Shown one piece after another: positions 41,195 through 55,528 of a DNA stretch of 63,973 nt. A model generated the notes under the pieces. It did no database searches and was not told the origin of the DNA. It worked only from the letters and a program-made list of their open reading frames with translations. This stretch comes from Octopus vulgaris. Taxonomy: Eukaryota. The position numbers and the translations under genes were made by a program. Positions within the stretch are counted from its first letter, which is position 1. Each line of letters starts with the position of its first letter. The stretch is taken from NCBI GenBank assembly GCA_951406725.2, contig OX597815.1:102734028-102798000 (forward strand), in the 5' to 3' direction.

Positions 41195-42147
41195 CATATG
41201 TGTGTGTGTAAAGATTTACATTGTTTACAAACATCCCTATTAACCAAAAAGCTCACATACACCCACACACATATAGAAATATATACACACATACATACAC
41301 ACAGTAACGTGTGAAAGTTTATATATGTAGATTAGTGTGTACCAGTTAATTTGTCCTGTATGAATGTGTATTATATGTATTCATAAAATAGTAATACCCA
41401 AGCATACCGGCACACACCGATATACTGATATATAAGGTTAGCAACATACGTTTACATATCATCGCGTAAACAGTATATAAACGAACAAAAATGAAAAAAT
41501 AATCTTACCTTGTAATGTAATGCTTCTGTATAACTTTTTAAGTATGTTTAGAACGCATGCACGAATATAATATGTTGTATTGTATATATATTTGTTTGTA
41601 CATCGTTCTTTTTTGTGCATATATGGAATGCAGGAATCAGTATATGCATGTATGTATGTGTGCTTTGAATGAATGCATGTACGTATGTATTTATGTATGT
41701 ATATGTGATTTGGTTTCGTAGGTTCCAAAGACACATTAATATAGTCTAATCACTACATATTCTACATATTCATATATACGCTTTTATGTATGCTTAGAAC
41801 ACGTACACTTACAAATATATAATTGTGTACAACTACAATATCAAAGAGGCACATACAATCACGTACACACATGTATACACAGGCATATAAACATACGCCT
41901 GCGCCCCCCTCACACACATACACATAAACATACAGCGCGAAAAGAAACACTCAGCGCTGGAAAAAACATTTCTTCTTTGGGCTTCAAATTCATTTTTAAT
42001 ATTTTCATATACGTATTTTTAAAATTTACGATGTATAATTTTACAAATCTTTTATAAGAAACTTATTTGAAATACTATACTGTTTGTATTTCAAAAGGGA
42101 ATTTTTTTTTATTCTTCTCTCTTATGAACTTCCTTTGTAGAACTTTA

Positions 42148-42182
42148 TCATCGTCGTGGTAGTAACCACAGTCATCAACATT

Positions 42183-42242
<60 letters not shown>

Positions 42243-42243
42243 G

Positions 42244-42285
<42 letters not shown>

Positions 42286-42337
42286 ACATCATCATCATCA
42301 TCATCGTCATCATCATCGTCATCATCATCATCATCAT
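42148..42337. repeat. (ATC)n trinucleotide microsatellite
   Basis: Long ATC run with occasional GTC/AAC units. Explains the poly-Met and poly-Ile ORFs. Confidence 0.95.
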
Positions 42338-43299
42338 TTAAATGTTGTTTTGTTTAATCTATGCTTCAGTTTGTTTGATGAAACAGCATCTTCCCGGCGT
42401 GATTTTTGAGATTCTTTTCTTTCCTATTCTTCAGTGATTTCTTTACGGAGAGAACATGAGGCTTAAGAATTGTGCACTAGAACGGAATATGGTGCATATG
42501 CTGATACTTGTTTAGAGCCTATAAAATAAGTTTGAGGCAGAATCGGCCATTTTTGCCATTTATTCACCACCAAATATACTAATCAGGCATGAAGTGGTAA
42601 ATGATATGAAACTATACAATCGACCGTTGAATTATGGATCTTTAGGCTGGTTTATAGCCACAAATCTACGTTTGTTGAGCAATGTTGAATGTTTTATTAT
42701 ATGCCTTGAAAAAAATTTATTATAGCGGATGTAGCACATATAGCATTGATCATCCATCCAATTGAAGAGGAAAATCAAGCGTTCTTTATTGTATTTATAG
42801 TTAAAAAGTACATGGGGCCTACATCAAATCAATAAAGAAATTCTTTCATAATGCAATTCTAATTAAGAATTATTACTTCTGATATTAACGCGAACTGAAG
42901 AGTGCCAAGTTGTGTTTGATTCGTGATATGTGGTAACACTACCAAGAAATATATGGAGGAGGAGCAGAAATATGGCACTAATATGTCAAGTATATCCTGC
43001 ATAGGAATGTCTCTCAGTATCTCAGACAAAAGTTTCACTGTCATTGCTTCAATGATGTTGACTATTGTTCTGTTGAATAAGTATGGTCCTATGAGCAAAT
43101 AATTACAATAATAAGAGTAAGAAAATAAGATTCTCTCGGATTCATATTTTTGTAGCTAAAATGCTAGAAAAAACAAGACCTTCCGGCTGGAAAAGCATTA
43201 TTATTTAATAAATAAGTTGATTCCCAAAATATTAGCTAATTTGCACAAATATACATAATCTTAATAGAACAGTTAAAAAAATTCACGATGACGCTCGTA

Positions 43300-43900
43300 A
43301 AGAACAGCATTGTTTTCAGAATGCATATTTTAATTTACCTAAGGTATTAACACCAGGCGACAGCATCTGAGTTACAGCACAAAAGTGAAGAATATACTCA
43401 GTGGTGATGGTAAGACGATTCTCGTTCGTGTCGTTCGATATTTTGCTCTTGCTTTGTAGAGATTAATAGCTTTCATCTTGAGGTTTTAGCAAAATGTACA
43501 CGTCTTTCAAACTTAGCCTCTTTTGCTTATTATGTTCATCGCTATTATGGCGTATACAGCTTAATGAGTCTACCCTGTCCCGAAGTAGAAGCATCTGCAA
43601 GTGCCCCCCGCTTTATGTTAAATAGCATATATGATGACAATTCATCTGAATGCGTAGTTAGGATCAAATGCATACTAAAACAACTGGGAGCTAGAGACCA
43701 AAGCTGATTCCACTGCATAAGAAACATGTATCTTCCGTTCGCTTATTTTAATAAAAGCGTGTGCAGTCATGGGCAGACATAGACACTTTGTCTGCTTCAG
43801 CATAACGTCTAAGAATATCACCTCTAGAGGAGAGAGGATTGCACCAGCATCCCGTTGGTAATCATTTATCCGGAGCAACATAAAATAAAGTGTTTCATTT
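43300..43900 (-). mobile_element. Possible decayed RTE-clade LINE RT remnant
   Basis: Minus strand gives AGAILSPLEVIFLDVML (QG..LSP.LF motif), then SAHDCT in another frame (FADDC-like), then ALADASTSGQ (AKASAAFG-like). Confidence 0.4.
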
Positions 43901-46351
43901 TCGTAGGCAACACAGCGTCGCTGCGCCCAAGGACTGAATCCCCAAGCTTACGTTCACTGCAAGCTAGGCTTTTTCTCTCAATCTCTCTCTATTTTCTCTC
44001 TCTGCTTATATTTGTCCATTTACAGATATATTAATACTGCTCACATTTCTTCAATTATTGACCAAATAACGTGAACTATTCTACCTAAATTTCCTTTACT
44101 TTAAAATATCGAAATATTGCAAATTCTTTATCCATCAGCACTAGTATGAATAAATGAACGGTATGCATCATCTTGTTATGCAATTGCTTTCATAAATCTT
44201 GATCCTGTATATAGGTAGAAAAAATACTTTAATGTGTAAAATCAATGTATTCGTCTGACATACGTTTTCCATGTTTGTAAAATTAAGTAGATCTCAATCG
44301 ATTTAATACAAATGTCATTAGGTATCATTTTTTTGTTGCTCCTAAAAAGAGATGATAATCGCAGCTGGTATGCCTTTAAACATAGGTTTACTTGATGAGG
44401 GTTGATCTTGGGGTAACAACTGTGTCAACTACAAAACTGTGTATTTAAGTGACATCAGTAAATATTAATGAAAGATAAAGGGAACAAATCAAATTGTTCA
44501 TGGAAACAAAGCTATGTTTTAAATATTTTCACTTTAGAATAATGGTTAAATATTTCTTCAAAATCTCCGATGTTTCACTGACAATGTATTTCTAAAACAA
44601 GCAAAAAAAAAAGGAAAAGAAAAGAAATATCAAAACGCAATGGAAATTTGAAGAAAGAAAACCTTCCGATTATATACCTCGCTAATAACTAGTGCATGAA
44701 TTTATAAAAATATTTTTAAGTAGTAGTTTCGTATTTCTCCATTATCACAGATTTTCTGTAATACTTAGGTTTATTTAGTGAAAATATTTATCAAAGTTCC
44801 ATGGATATAAAAATAAATTTAACTTCAACACGAATGAGAACAACATTTATAATTATAGTTTTTGAAACATGACAACGAAAGTGAAAAAATAAATAGCTTC
44901 TGCAACCGTATACGTATGCCCTACAAGCTCCATCACAAAATTTATATAGAAATGCATTTTTTAAATTAAACCAAAATATCTAATTCCATACAATGTCTTT
45001 CATTTCATTCACGATATAATCACGCTCGACATAACAAATAACATTGATAATTCATGGCGTAATTTGTACATTATAGAGGTTCTTAAAATTTTGTAGGATT
45101 CACAAATGACATTTTGTTTTTGCATTTTTTAGGACACTCACAGCAAAATATTGTATTGCTGACGAAAAATGACTTCGAATAAGGAAGCAAATATCGAATG
45201 AATTTATCAAACACCTACCTAACTTCAGCATTTCTAAATCACCTGGCTGTGTTGGAGCCTCGATTATTCCTTAATCCCAACAAGGTCCAATGTGTCCAAA
45301 TGTTCCTTTATAAAACTTACCCCCAAAGATTAGACGCTAGTGATTGCATTACTTGATATAAAGCACGACCATCTTTATCGTTAAACTTTCGTAGGCGTTC
45401 CAGCTCCTTCTCTGACTGATTTGTTAAAATTTTCTCCGCATCCTCTACCAAAAGTGGCCTGGAGTTGCTCTGTTTCAAAATTTACAGAAATGTATTGTAA
45501 TGTCTTCGATGATTCCTTCTTGATAGTAAACTTTAGTTATATTTCGATTTGTAAAATAATACCGATGATGTGTAACAGATAATTATCTAATTCTAGTCTA
45601 TTGCAACAAGATTGGGCTTGTGCATAATGATATTTTGGAGGAGCTATAGCTGCCATTAAGACACTTCGGCACTAGAAGCGAAATATCTTAATGGCTATAT
45701 AAAATACTCCGGCGTTATTTGACTGTCAGAGAATACCTCAAGCATTTCGCTATCATTTCACTTAGCTGCTTGAGAAGAGACGCAATATATACCTAGAAGT
45801 AATAAAAGCTTACTCGCTACTAACTTCAGTAAAGACAGCAAGGATTCTACACAATTTTCACTGTAGCAAACGTTCAATTGAAATAAATATCCACATGAAG
45901 CCACAATATACAGTTGTACTGCGAACACAAACCAAATACTCTCCTGTTTGTTTTTGTCTTTTTGATATGCATTGGAATTCCCTGTTGATAAAAAAAAATT
46001 GTTCAACGCTGCGAACTTTGGATTGGCTACACGAATAGAAAGATCATAAAAAGAAAGGAGAAAGTATGGATCTCTAGTCGAACACTTTCCTAATTGCATA
46101 TTCTAACAAAAATTATACTAAGGTGTGCAAATATTTATCTGATTCAAGAAAAAAATCTATCATGGCTAACAGCACTTTCATTTCCTCCCACTAAGACGAT
46201 GTACTAGAAAACTGTGGGAAACTGGCTTTTAAATTATTTTCTGTTGGCCTTCAGATACGATAAATCAATATGAAGCTGTACGTTATGAATCTAGTTAGTA
46301 TTACGCATTCTGTTTTAGCATGAAATATATATACCTATTAATGAACTTTTT

Positions 46352-46760
46352 AGGGCAGCGAAATAGCAGAAACGTGAGCTCGCCGAAGAAAATGTTTAGT
46401 GTCATTTTCTTCCGACTTAACATTCTGAGTTCAAATGTCACCGATGTTGCCTCTGCCTTTCATCTTTTTAAGTTCGATAAAATAATTATCAGTTAAACAC
46501 TAGTGTTGATGTCATTGCCCCGAAAATGCTGGCCTTGTGCCAAGATTTGAAATCAATATTAGTGGGTTTTAAGACTGCCAGCTGTCAGAATGGTTGGCGA
46601 CACTCTGTCCGGCTTTAAGTTCTGAGTTGAAATTCTGCCGGTCTACTTTGGCTATCTTTTGGGGTCAACAAAATAAGTACCAGCTGAGCACTGTAGTCGA
46701 TGTAATTGAATCAGCCATCCTCTGATACTGATGGCCTTGTACCAACATTTGAAATCAATA
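46352..46760 (+). mobile_element. Two tandem old SINE copies
   Basis: 46352-46558 and about 46575-46760 share ttctgagtt.aaat...tggccttgt.ccaa.atttgaaatcaata. B-box-like gagttcaaat is present. Confidence 0.7.
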
Positions 46761-47989
46761 ACCATGGCCTTTAGAACCGAAAATTTAAAACTGAAATATT
46801 GTTTCTTAATTCAAATTTACTTAGAGAAACATACACATGAAGTTTATCGAAGGCTATACATAATACATGAACAGAGATACTCCGGGAAGCCAAAGATATT
46901 CATTAGAGATGATTAACACTGAAAGATAAGACACAATTGTTAACAGCTTACACCTAAATACCTTTGCTCAGGAATATTTGCTTTGATATGTTAAAAAGTG
47001 AGCCTGAACATTTGCTCCGCTTTAATATTTGTAGATTTGGAATTACATGGCAACTGCTTTGAAGGTATCGGAAATAAAAGTTTGGGAAACTTATTGATAA
47101 GATAACAGACTAGTAAGACTTTCCACAAGCAGTCTAGAAACTTTAAGATATCAAAATGATTACGTCATTGTTCTGATTTTGTATTTTGATCAGAGTCACT
47201 TAATTATTCACATAATTGAATTCATCTCTATACTTTGGTCGGTATAGTATACTTACGGAAACATGTTTCTGGGTAGAACGTACACGATTATTAAATTCAT
47301 AAATGCTAGTCACATATATTTTGTTCAATAGATGTGTCACGTTATTAGCTTTTTGTAAACGTTTTTTTGTTAAACGTTTTATAGTATTAAAAGTAAAGAT
47401 TAAATTGATCATTAATAAAATATTTTATCGTAAATAACATAGGCTATTAAACTGCTAGATAAATGAAATAAGTACTTATAATGTATTGAAACTGCTTCAC
47501 ACAGTTTATTTCTTGCGAAACAGTTTTCTGCAGTAGTTGATGGAGGTAATTGTGAACTTTTTGATCTGATTATTTATGTTTATTGATAATGTCTGACATT
47601 CCCACTTAGTTGTTGGATGGTAAGAGAAATCTTGTGTTTTCGAAAGATGTCACGTTTCGAAATCAAATGACACAATGTTTAAGCTATATTTCGTTAATAT
47701 TACAATTACCGTACAGTTTAGCTACAGAGCTACTATAAATACCTTGTGAAACACAACAATGTCAACGTTTTTAATTAGCGTGAAAGAAATGTTGATGTTG
47801 TATTTAGCCGTGTTCAAAGTTGAATTTGAAACCTGTTGAATTTGCTGCATGTTAAGATGTATATAATGCAGTCTCGTATTATTTGTCGTATTGTGAATTT
47901 GCTGCCAGAGCCAGTGGCGGTCCAGACATGCATATCACGCTTTTTCGTTTCGAGACGGTGCGTGTATCTAAAGGTGCATTGTTCTTTTT

Positions 47990-49100
47990 TTTTCTATCTA
48001 ACTGTATTTAAGAAAAAGTGTATTGCTATCTCTTGAAAGTTGAAAGACAGTATAGAGAATTGCGTTGTTTGTTCTAATCCCTGTGTCTTCCTTTTGTTTG
48101 CTATTTGTAAGTCTTCAAATCCCAATATCCCGGTAATGATGTATAGAAATATTCATGAAGACTATAACAACCCGATGAAGATTCTCAGAACACTCGTTGA
48201 TTGTCAAAAGCTAAGCGCATTTAGGAATATTTGCTTGTGCTGCACCTTCAAACAACAGTCACAGCAAGCAATAATTCATGTTATTGATTTACTACAAAAA
48301 GTAGTCATCTTACGTACTACTATTCATTTTTTAGAAATATACTTTTTGACGTGCCATTCTGTTTTCGTCATAATTGAAATACTCATAATCAAATACTATA
48401 CTTGGAACCGAAGAATACGTATGATATTTTCCTTTTTCGAACTCTAAAACCGGTTAACCTATTTCCCAATTATCTTTCTAAAGAATTCAGTCACTATTAG
48501 AAACCAAATCGTTTGCAAAACTGCTTGAAAAGCTATGTATAAGGGGTGTTCTAGTAAAGAAAATTACCAAGGTGTAAATGTTATTTCTGTCTTCAAAGTG
48601 TTTTCACAGACAGCTCTTCTTCTATAAATGAGAACATATCACTTTAATTGCATACAGTCAGTCGATATCTTATTCAGATTATATGGCTTCATCGTTGAAA
48701 CCAAATCTTATCATTGCGCCTGAAATAATAAATGGATGAAGAACCTTGTTTTGAAAACACATTTCATGACCTCCATGCAAGTAAAATTCATGTTTTCCAT
48801 GAAGCTTTTTGCAGGAAAAAGCACCTGTCGCACTGTTTCATTTTTTAACCAAATACGCTGGCAATCAAGATGTGATGCTAACACCTGTTAATTACTCGAA
48901 TTGAAAAACAAAATTCGATATCTTCCTGCGATAGGAGTGTTTTCGTCCGCGCAAGAAATTATTTGAATTATTCTAGTATTTGTCAGTATTATAATTGTAC
49001 AGGATTAATTTCAACATTTCTTGTGTTAATAAACGTTATCTTAAATTTCAAGTGACTTGTCAAATTAAAGAACTCGCTCTTAACCACAGCTTCCTCTATC
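47990..49100 (+). mobile_element. Decayed hAT (Charlie/Buster-type) transposase remnant
   Basis: 48841-48918 translates to FFNQIRWQSRCDANTC*LLELKNKIR, matching the Buster-type motif HTEVRWLSRG..L.RFFELR.EI. Boundaries are guessed. Confidence 0.5.
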
Positions 49101-49299
49101 ATAATAACTTCGATTCATTCTTTATCTTCTTTATCACTACAATCATAAAAAAACAATACGGTACTGTTCTGAAGTTCTTCCTCTGCTGCTCGCTTGTGAG
49201 ATGATATTTACTTTCGCTGAATCGGATATGCTTAGCACATGCCCAAAATTCTTTCTTCTCAGCTACTCTGCCTTACTTAAAGCAGGTAATACGGAGAAA

Positions 49300-50750
49300 A
49301 TTAGCTAAATTGATTCCCTTCAATCTTATTCTAACTTTACTAATGTAGATATGAAATCTAGTTGTAAAGAAATTAACGATATCAATTTAAATTTATACAC
49401 CAAAACAAAACGGAGGAAGGGAGATAACCCTTATTTAATCCCCTATTTTCATTGTAAAGGTAAATTTAAGACTTTCAAAAATAATTACACTAAACATAAG
49501 ATAACTAGTAGTAAAACCATTTGGTCAATTATTCCATTCGGGAGGCAAATTAAATCTAATCTCCCATTGCAGTTTCGTGAAGCTATTATTAGGAATTTTC
49601 CAAAGAATTCTAGGTATTACTCTATTATCAATTCAGATACGGTTAGGATTGTTTTTTCCAACACTAAAAATCTCTCATAAATTAACTCTTATCATAATAA
49701 CAACCTGTTAAATCTTAATACATTTACTAATACTAACATTAATTTAGCTAATACCAACCATCCCTCTAAAAATATTAATAACAACGTTATTGTATCTGAA
49801 GTCAATTACAACAGAATCCAGTTTATGTCAAGTAACTCTAAAATAAACAATTCTATATACTAGTGTAAAATTACTACTCGTAATCAAGTATATTTTTATA
49901 TTGGAAGCACGTCTTCACAGTTATCTAGAAGAATTTCTAATCATTACTCGATATTTAGGTATATGAATAAACGTAACAGTACAGGGCTTAGTAAATTAAT
50001 TTGGGAACTAAAAGACCACAATAAACAGTTTAATTTAGATTGGTTGATTCTCTCAATCTCGATATCTTATGACAAAGGCAAGGAATTCTATCTTCTCTGT
50101 AATTCTGAACAATTTTTTATTCTTTTTCTAAACATCTCCTTGTAAACACGGTTATAGAGCGTAAACATTGGCAAAAACACACCTTTAGTTCATATAAGTG
50201 ATTTATATCATTATATATAATCTAAACATTAATTTCATTTTACATTTCACATTCACTAGAAATATATTTTTCCTAGTCTATAAGATTTTCTTCAATATGC
50301 ATATAGTCATATACTTCTCATTTATTTAGTTTTTCTTTACTTTATCCCTCCTCTTTCTATAGGCAAACTCTGACGTTATATCCTACAACATTTTTCTTCT
50401 GAAACAATATTAATAGCGTTCAGTAAATCACTATACATATCCATCATTTTCTGTTAAAATATCTTATTGACAAGTTTCGTTTCTTCACTTCCTGAAGAGA
50501 AGATTACACTGTTTTACATCATTTTATTCCTTTGGAATAATATCAGTGATATTTTCGAAACATTTGTCGGAAGTAAAAGAATTTGAATAACACCTGCGTT
50601 AAACTCCATTTATTTATTTTTATATATTAAAAAAATTTCACGTAAACCAGAACTTTCTACCTTTAAAAACAAGGAGTTACAACATTTTTTACTTGCTACC
50701 CTGGTAACTATTTATCTATTTTTTCTGTGTTAATTGTTACCAAGGGAAAA
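49300..50750 (+). mobile_element. Penelope-like retroelement 3' portion (RT C-terminus, GIY-YIG endonuclease, pLTR), decayed
   Basis: TIWSIIPF...NFPKNSRYYSIINSDTVRIVFSNTKNL, then SIY*CKITTRNQVYFYIGSTS (GIY-YIG), then STGLSKLIWELKD...LDWLIL...LLCNSE. A hammerhead follows at 50484. Confidence 0.9.
50484..50577 (+). ncRNA. Type-I hammerhead ribozyme motif with intact core
   Basis: ttcacttc-CTGAAGA (50492-98); stem II gaagat..cactg/cagtg..attttc with inner ttattcc/ggaataa hairpin; GAAA (50557-60); stem III ACAtttGT; GUC site (C50568); then ggaagtaaa. Stem I is one nucleotide out of register. Confidence 0.8.
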
Positions 50751-50757
50751 TACACAC

Positions 50758-51717
<960 letters not shown>

Positions 51718-51719
<2 letters not shown>

Positions 51720-51800
51720 TCTTTCAGTTTCCGTTTATCAAATTCACTCAGAAGGGTTTGGTGGGCCGGAGGCTATAGTAGAAGACACACTTACCCAAGG
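51718..51800 (-). mobile_element. SINE internal fragment (53311 family)
   Basis: Reverse complement reads ccttgggtaagtgtgtcttctactatagcctccggccc...acggaaactgaaag. Confidence 0.75.
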
Positions 51801-53120
51801 AAAATACAGATTATTTGGTTTGCGCCTTCATTTCCTCACAGGGCCAAAAATCTACCAATTTCTTCAAAGTTCTTAAACTAAATTTCCTCAAGAACCATAA
51901 ATACTACCCTATATTTCATAACCATTCTATAAAATTATCTTACTCTACCACGCCTAATTTGGGTTCAATTATCGCATCTACAAACAGAAATAAATTTCAA
52001 CTCCAAACAACTAAAAGCGTCGATCACAATAGGATACTCCATACAAGTCCAAATAATATTAATGAAACAAAAATTATAGACAGGAATTCAAAACGTGTAA
52101 TTTCAGGACCCTTGAATTATGTCCGCTTGCGGGTTTATGTCTACACAAAAATGTAATCTATAAATGTACAGTGACAAACGATAAGCATCAAGCTAGGGTA
52201 TGCACGAGAATCACTAAAGACTTCAAAAAACCAAAAAGAATACATGTAAATTCCTTTAATATGTTAAAACATAAAAATTCTACGGCGTAAGCCAGGTACA
52301 TACACAACCTTAAATTACATAACGTTAATTATACATTGTCTTGGTCAATTATGGATGCGGCTCCACCATACAATGCGATTACTGGCAGATGTCTATTGTG
52401 TATAAATGAATCGTACATTATCCTTCGCATGTTTTAATTAAGTTTCCACTGTTTTAATTAAGTTTTCTGACGCTATTCATTCCTGCAGCCATAGATACTG
52501 TTCAACTTTCATGAGACGATCCAAATTCGAACCCAATTACATAGCTCAGCAATATATCGCCAGTACAAATGTGAATTTTAAGAAAGTAGTAAACAGTCTA
52601 ATTTTACTCCCATCAAGCCTTCATAAAAACTTACATAATTTACACAGCTTTATCCGCTCTTCTATACAGCATCAAATTAGCTTATACCTGTTAAGGGACT
52701 AAATCCATATCTAACGTAAACACTATATTTCCCTGATGATGGGGGCATTCTATGGAAATGAATCTTCAGATTCATATGCAATCTGCATGAATGTACCCTT
52801 GAAACGATCGCTGGAATAACTTATTTTCCTTTAACATGTTACCCAAAACTCTTTTTAATGCTTATTAATTTCTCTATATTAAATTTTGAATTTCTAAAAT
52901 AGTTATCTATATTCTAATTTCTAAAATTTTATCTATATTCTATTACTATTATGTTTATATATCTATATATCTATATGTCCTTGTATATTTTTAATATTCA
53001 TATATTTTTATATTTCTAACATACCAATGTATGTTTTAGATTGGACAATTCTTATTGTATCTTAATTAAACCCGCATATGTATGTGTTAATCGTAGTCTG
53101 CCTGATTTGAACCTTTTCTA
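51801..53120 (+). mobile_element. Second Penelope-like retroelement 3' portion, decayed
   Basis: IIWFAPSF / NHKYYPIFHNHSIKLSYSTTPNLGSII / CPLAGLCLHKNVIYKCTVT / LSWSIMDAAPPYNAITGRCLLCINES. A hammerhead follows at 52727. Confidence 0.9.
52727..52818 (+). ncRNA. Type-I hammerhead motif with U16.1C lesion
   Basis: atttcc-CTGATGA (52733-39)-t-gggggcattc...gaatgtaccctt-GAAA (52801-04)-CGATCG-c-t-ggaata. Stem III is the palindrome ACGATCG(T>C). Confidence 0.75.
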
Positions 53121-53122
53121 TT

Positions 53123-53230
<108 letters not shown>

Positions 53231-53310
53231 ATATATATAAATATGTATGTATATATATATATATATGTATATATATGTATGTATATTTATGTATATATAT
53301 ATGTATATAC

Positions 53311-53716
53311 AGGAGTGGCTGTGTGGTAAGTAGCTTGCTAACCAACCACATGGTTCCGGGTTCAGTCCCACTGCGTGGCATCTTGGGCAAGTGTCTTCTG
53401 CTATAGCCCCGGGCCGACCAATGCCTTGTGAGTGGATTTGGTAGACGGAAACTGAAAGAAGCCTGTCGTATATGTGTATATATATGTATATGTGTGTGTG
53501 TGTGTGTTTGTGTGTCCCCCTAGCATCGCTTGACAACCGATGCTGGTGTGTTTACGTCCCCGTCACTTAGCGGTTCGGCAAAAGAGACCGATAGAGTAAG
53601 TACTGGGCTTACAAAGAATAAGTCCCGGGCTCGATTTGCTCGACTAAAGGCGGTGCTCCAGCATGGCCGCAGTCAAATGACTGAAACAAGTAAAAGAGTA
53701 AAAGAGAGTAAAGAGT
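53311..53716 (+). mobile_element. Full-length tRNA-derived SINE with internal microsatellite
   Basis: A box TGGCTGTGTGG, B box GGTTCAGTCCC, central (TA)/(TG) tract, LINE-like 3' hairpin and (gtaaaaga)n tail. Confidence 0.92.
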
Positions 53717-53928
53717 ATATGATATATATATATATATACGTATACACACACACACATATATATAATTTAATTAGAGTTTATGTAAACCTCATGAAGGGTT
53801 GGTTTGATCCAAGTAGATATTAGTTCAATACCTAGTATTTTTGGCGTATGATTCTCCTTAATATATGTAGGTATATATAAAAACATATAATTTATATTAA
53901 TTTCGAAGAAGAAAGGAAATGGAAATCA

Positions 53929-54267
53929 AGAAGTTACTAATTGTTTATTATTAACAGCAAAATGGTCATCTTCACTTACATCCGTTTCAATTAATACTAA
54001 ATATTAAACACTAAATTTACATTTGTGTGACATGAGCACAATATGAAATGAAAAAAGTTTACATTCGGATGTTACCTATGTGCTTATGAATTCATTATAT
54101 TTGACATAATTCATAAGCACACATATAACATCCAAATGTACATCTTTTTTCCGTCTGATGATATCTTGTTCATTCACATAAATATAAATTTAATATTTAT
54201 TGAGAACTAGCAGTATAATCCGGCTTTTCTCGGGATGAAGTTGGGATTATTAATCTAATCAAGTTCT

Positions 54268-54317
<50 letters not shown>

Positions 54318-54446
54318 AACCGGATCATCAAAATGGGACAAGAACGCAAAACACTCAAACAGACGACACAAAAAAACACGGACGGGTCACTCGAAGCCTC
54401 CAATCCTCAGTCAAGAACCGGATCATCCTCGCAATTTCGGCTGATA

Positions 54447-54519
<73 letters not shown>

Positions 54520-55528
54520 ATAATATAAATAGTATAAATATATATGGGCAACACACACACACATACATATACGTACGTACACCTATTGCATATATGCTTT
54601 TTGTACGCATACATCTTCATAAACAGAAATGAATGGAAACATGTTGGTAAATTTATAGATTAACACTCGCACGATTCACTAAGAAACAAAAATCGGATTT
54701 TTTGCGTGGGATCAAACACTCTGGCCTCCTAATATGCTACAAAACTCATTTTGTGGTCCGAAAAACGGGGTGGGGTGGATTCCTCGGAAATTGTACGCAT
54801 TTATATTGTGTAATGCACTGTCAAATTGTTACCTATCTCTTTGTTACTTTGTTGTTAAATAAATGGATTCTCAACAACAAAAACTTTTTTCTTGGCGTAA
54901 AATAAAAACAAAACTCTTTCGCACCCAAATAATGTGTGATGGGGGAGAAACATGAACGATTTAAAATAAATAAATGACTTAAAGTATATTTTAATTGCTG
55001 TGTGAGAAAGTATATGTAATCTGATTATAAAATATAGTGTCTTTCAAAAACATCCCAAATTTGAAGACTATATCTCGTATTTAAGAAACAAAATAAAACA
55101 TTTTATATTTTTATTTTTGATGAACGCTGTCAAACACACCCACATACATCAACGAACAACTTCTCTCTCTCCCTCACACACACACATACATACATCAACA
55201 GACAACTTCTCTCTTTCCCTCACACACACCCACTTTCACTTGGCTATGGCAAGAAGGGACTTAACCCATGTTAGCAAACTTCAAAATCGGTAAAAAGTTA
55301 TTGTTGAAAATTGATATTTACCGCTATCCGCATGTGTATCGGGAAAAAATAAGTTGACAAAACCCAGGAGAGATGGTGACGAATGTCCTCCTAAAATTGT
55401 TGTCGTGCATAAACTACATTCACGTACACACACACACATATCCTGCCTTTTATATACACAGATCAATTGAACGGCTGTAAGTGAAGATGACTAATTTAGT
55501 GTTTATAATAAACAATTATTAACTTCCT
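53929..55528. repeat. Imperfect palindrome of about 345 bp interrupted by a Helitron
   Basis: A hairpin centred on 54093-54107 (gtgcttatgaatt/aattcataagcac) continues to 54199. It resumes after the Helitron at 55463-55528, the inverse of 53929-53992. Confidence 0.8.
54207..55462 (-). mobile_element. Non-autonomous Helitron with both canonical ends
   Basis: Minus strand: A|TCtgtgtatataaaaggc ... cccgagaaaagccgga-ttatactg-CTAG|T. This gives a 5' TC, a 3' GC-rich hairpin, a CTAG end, an AT target and no TSD. A nested family-A fragment lies at 54315-54444. Confidence 0.85.

Noticed and set aside
42122-42341. Poly-Met and poly-Ile ORFs
   Set aside because: Products of the (ATC)n repeat, with no flanking coding signal.
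45159-45195. CTGACGA...CGAA hammerhead candidate
   Set aside because: Stem II does not pair, A15.1 is absent and there is no stem III.
48040-48447. 135-aa ORF as a host gene
   Set aside because: It lies within the putative hAT remnant and has no recognisable domain.
54040-54170. pre-miRNA hairpin
   Set aside because: It is the centre of a much longer repeat-derived palindrome and cannot be supported without small-RNA reads.
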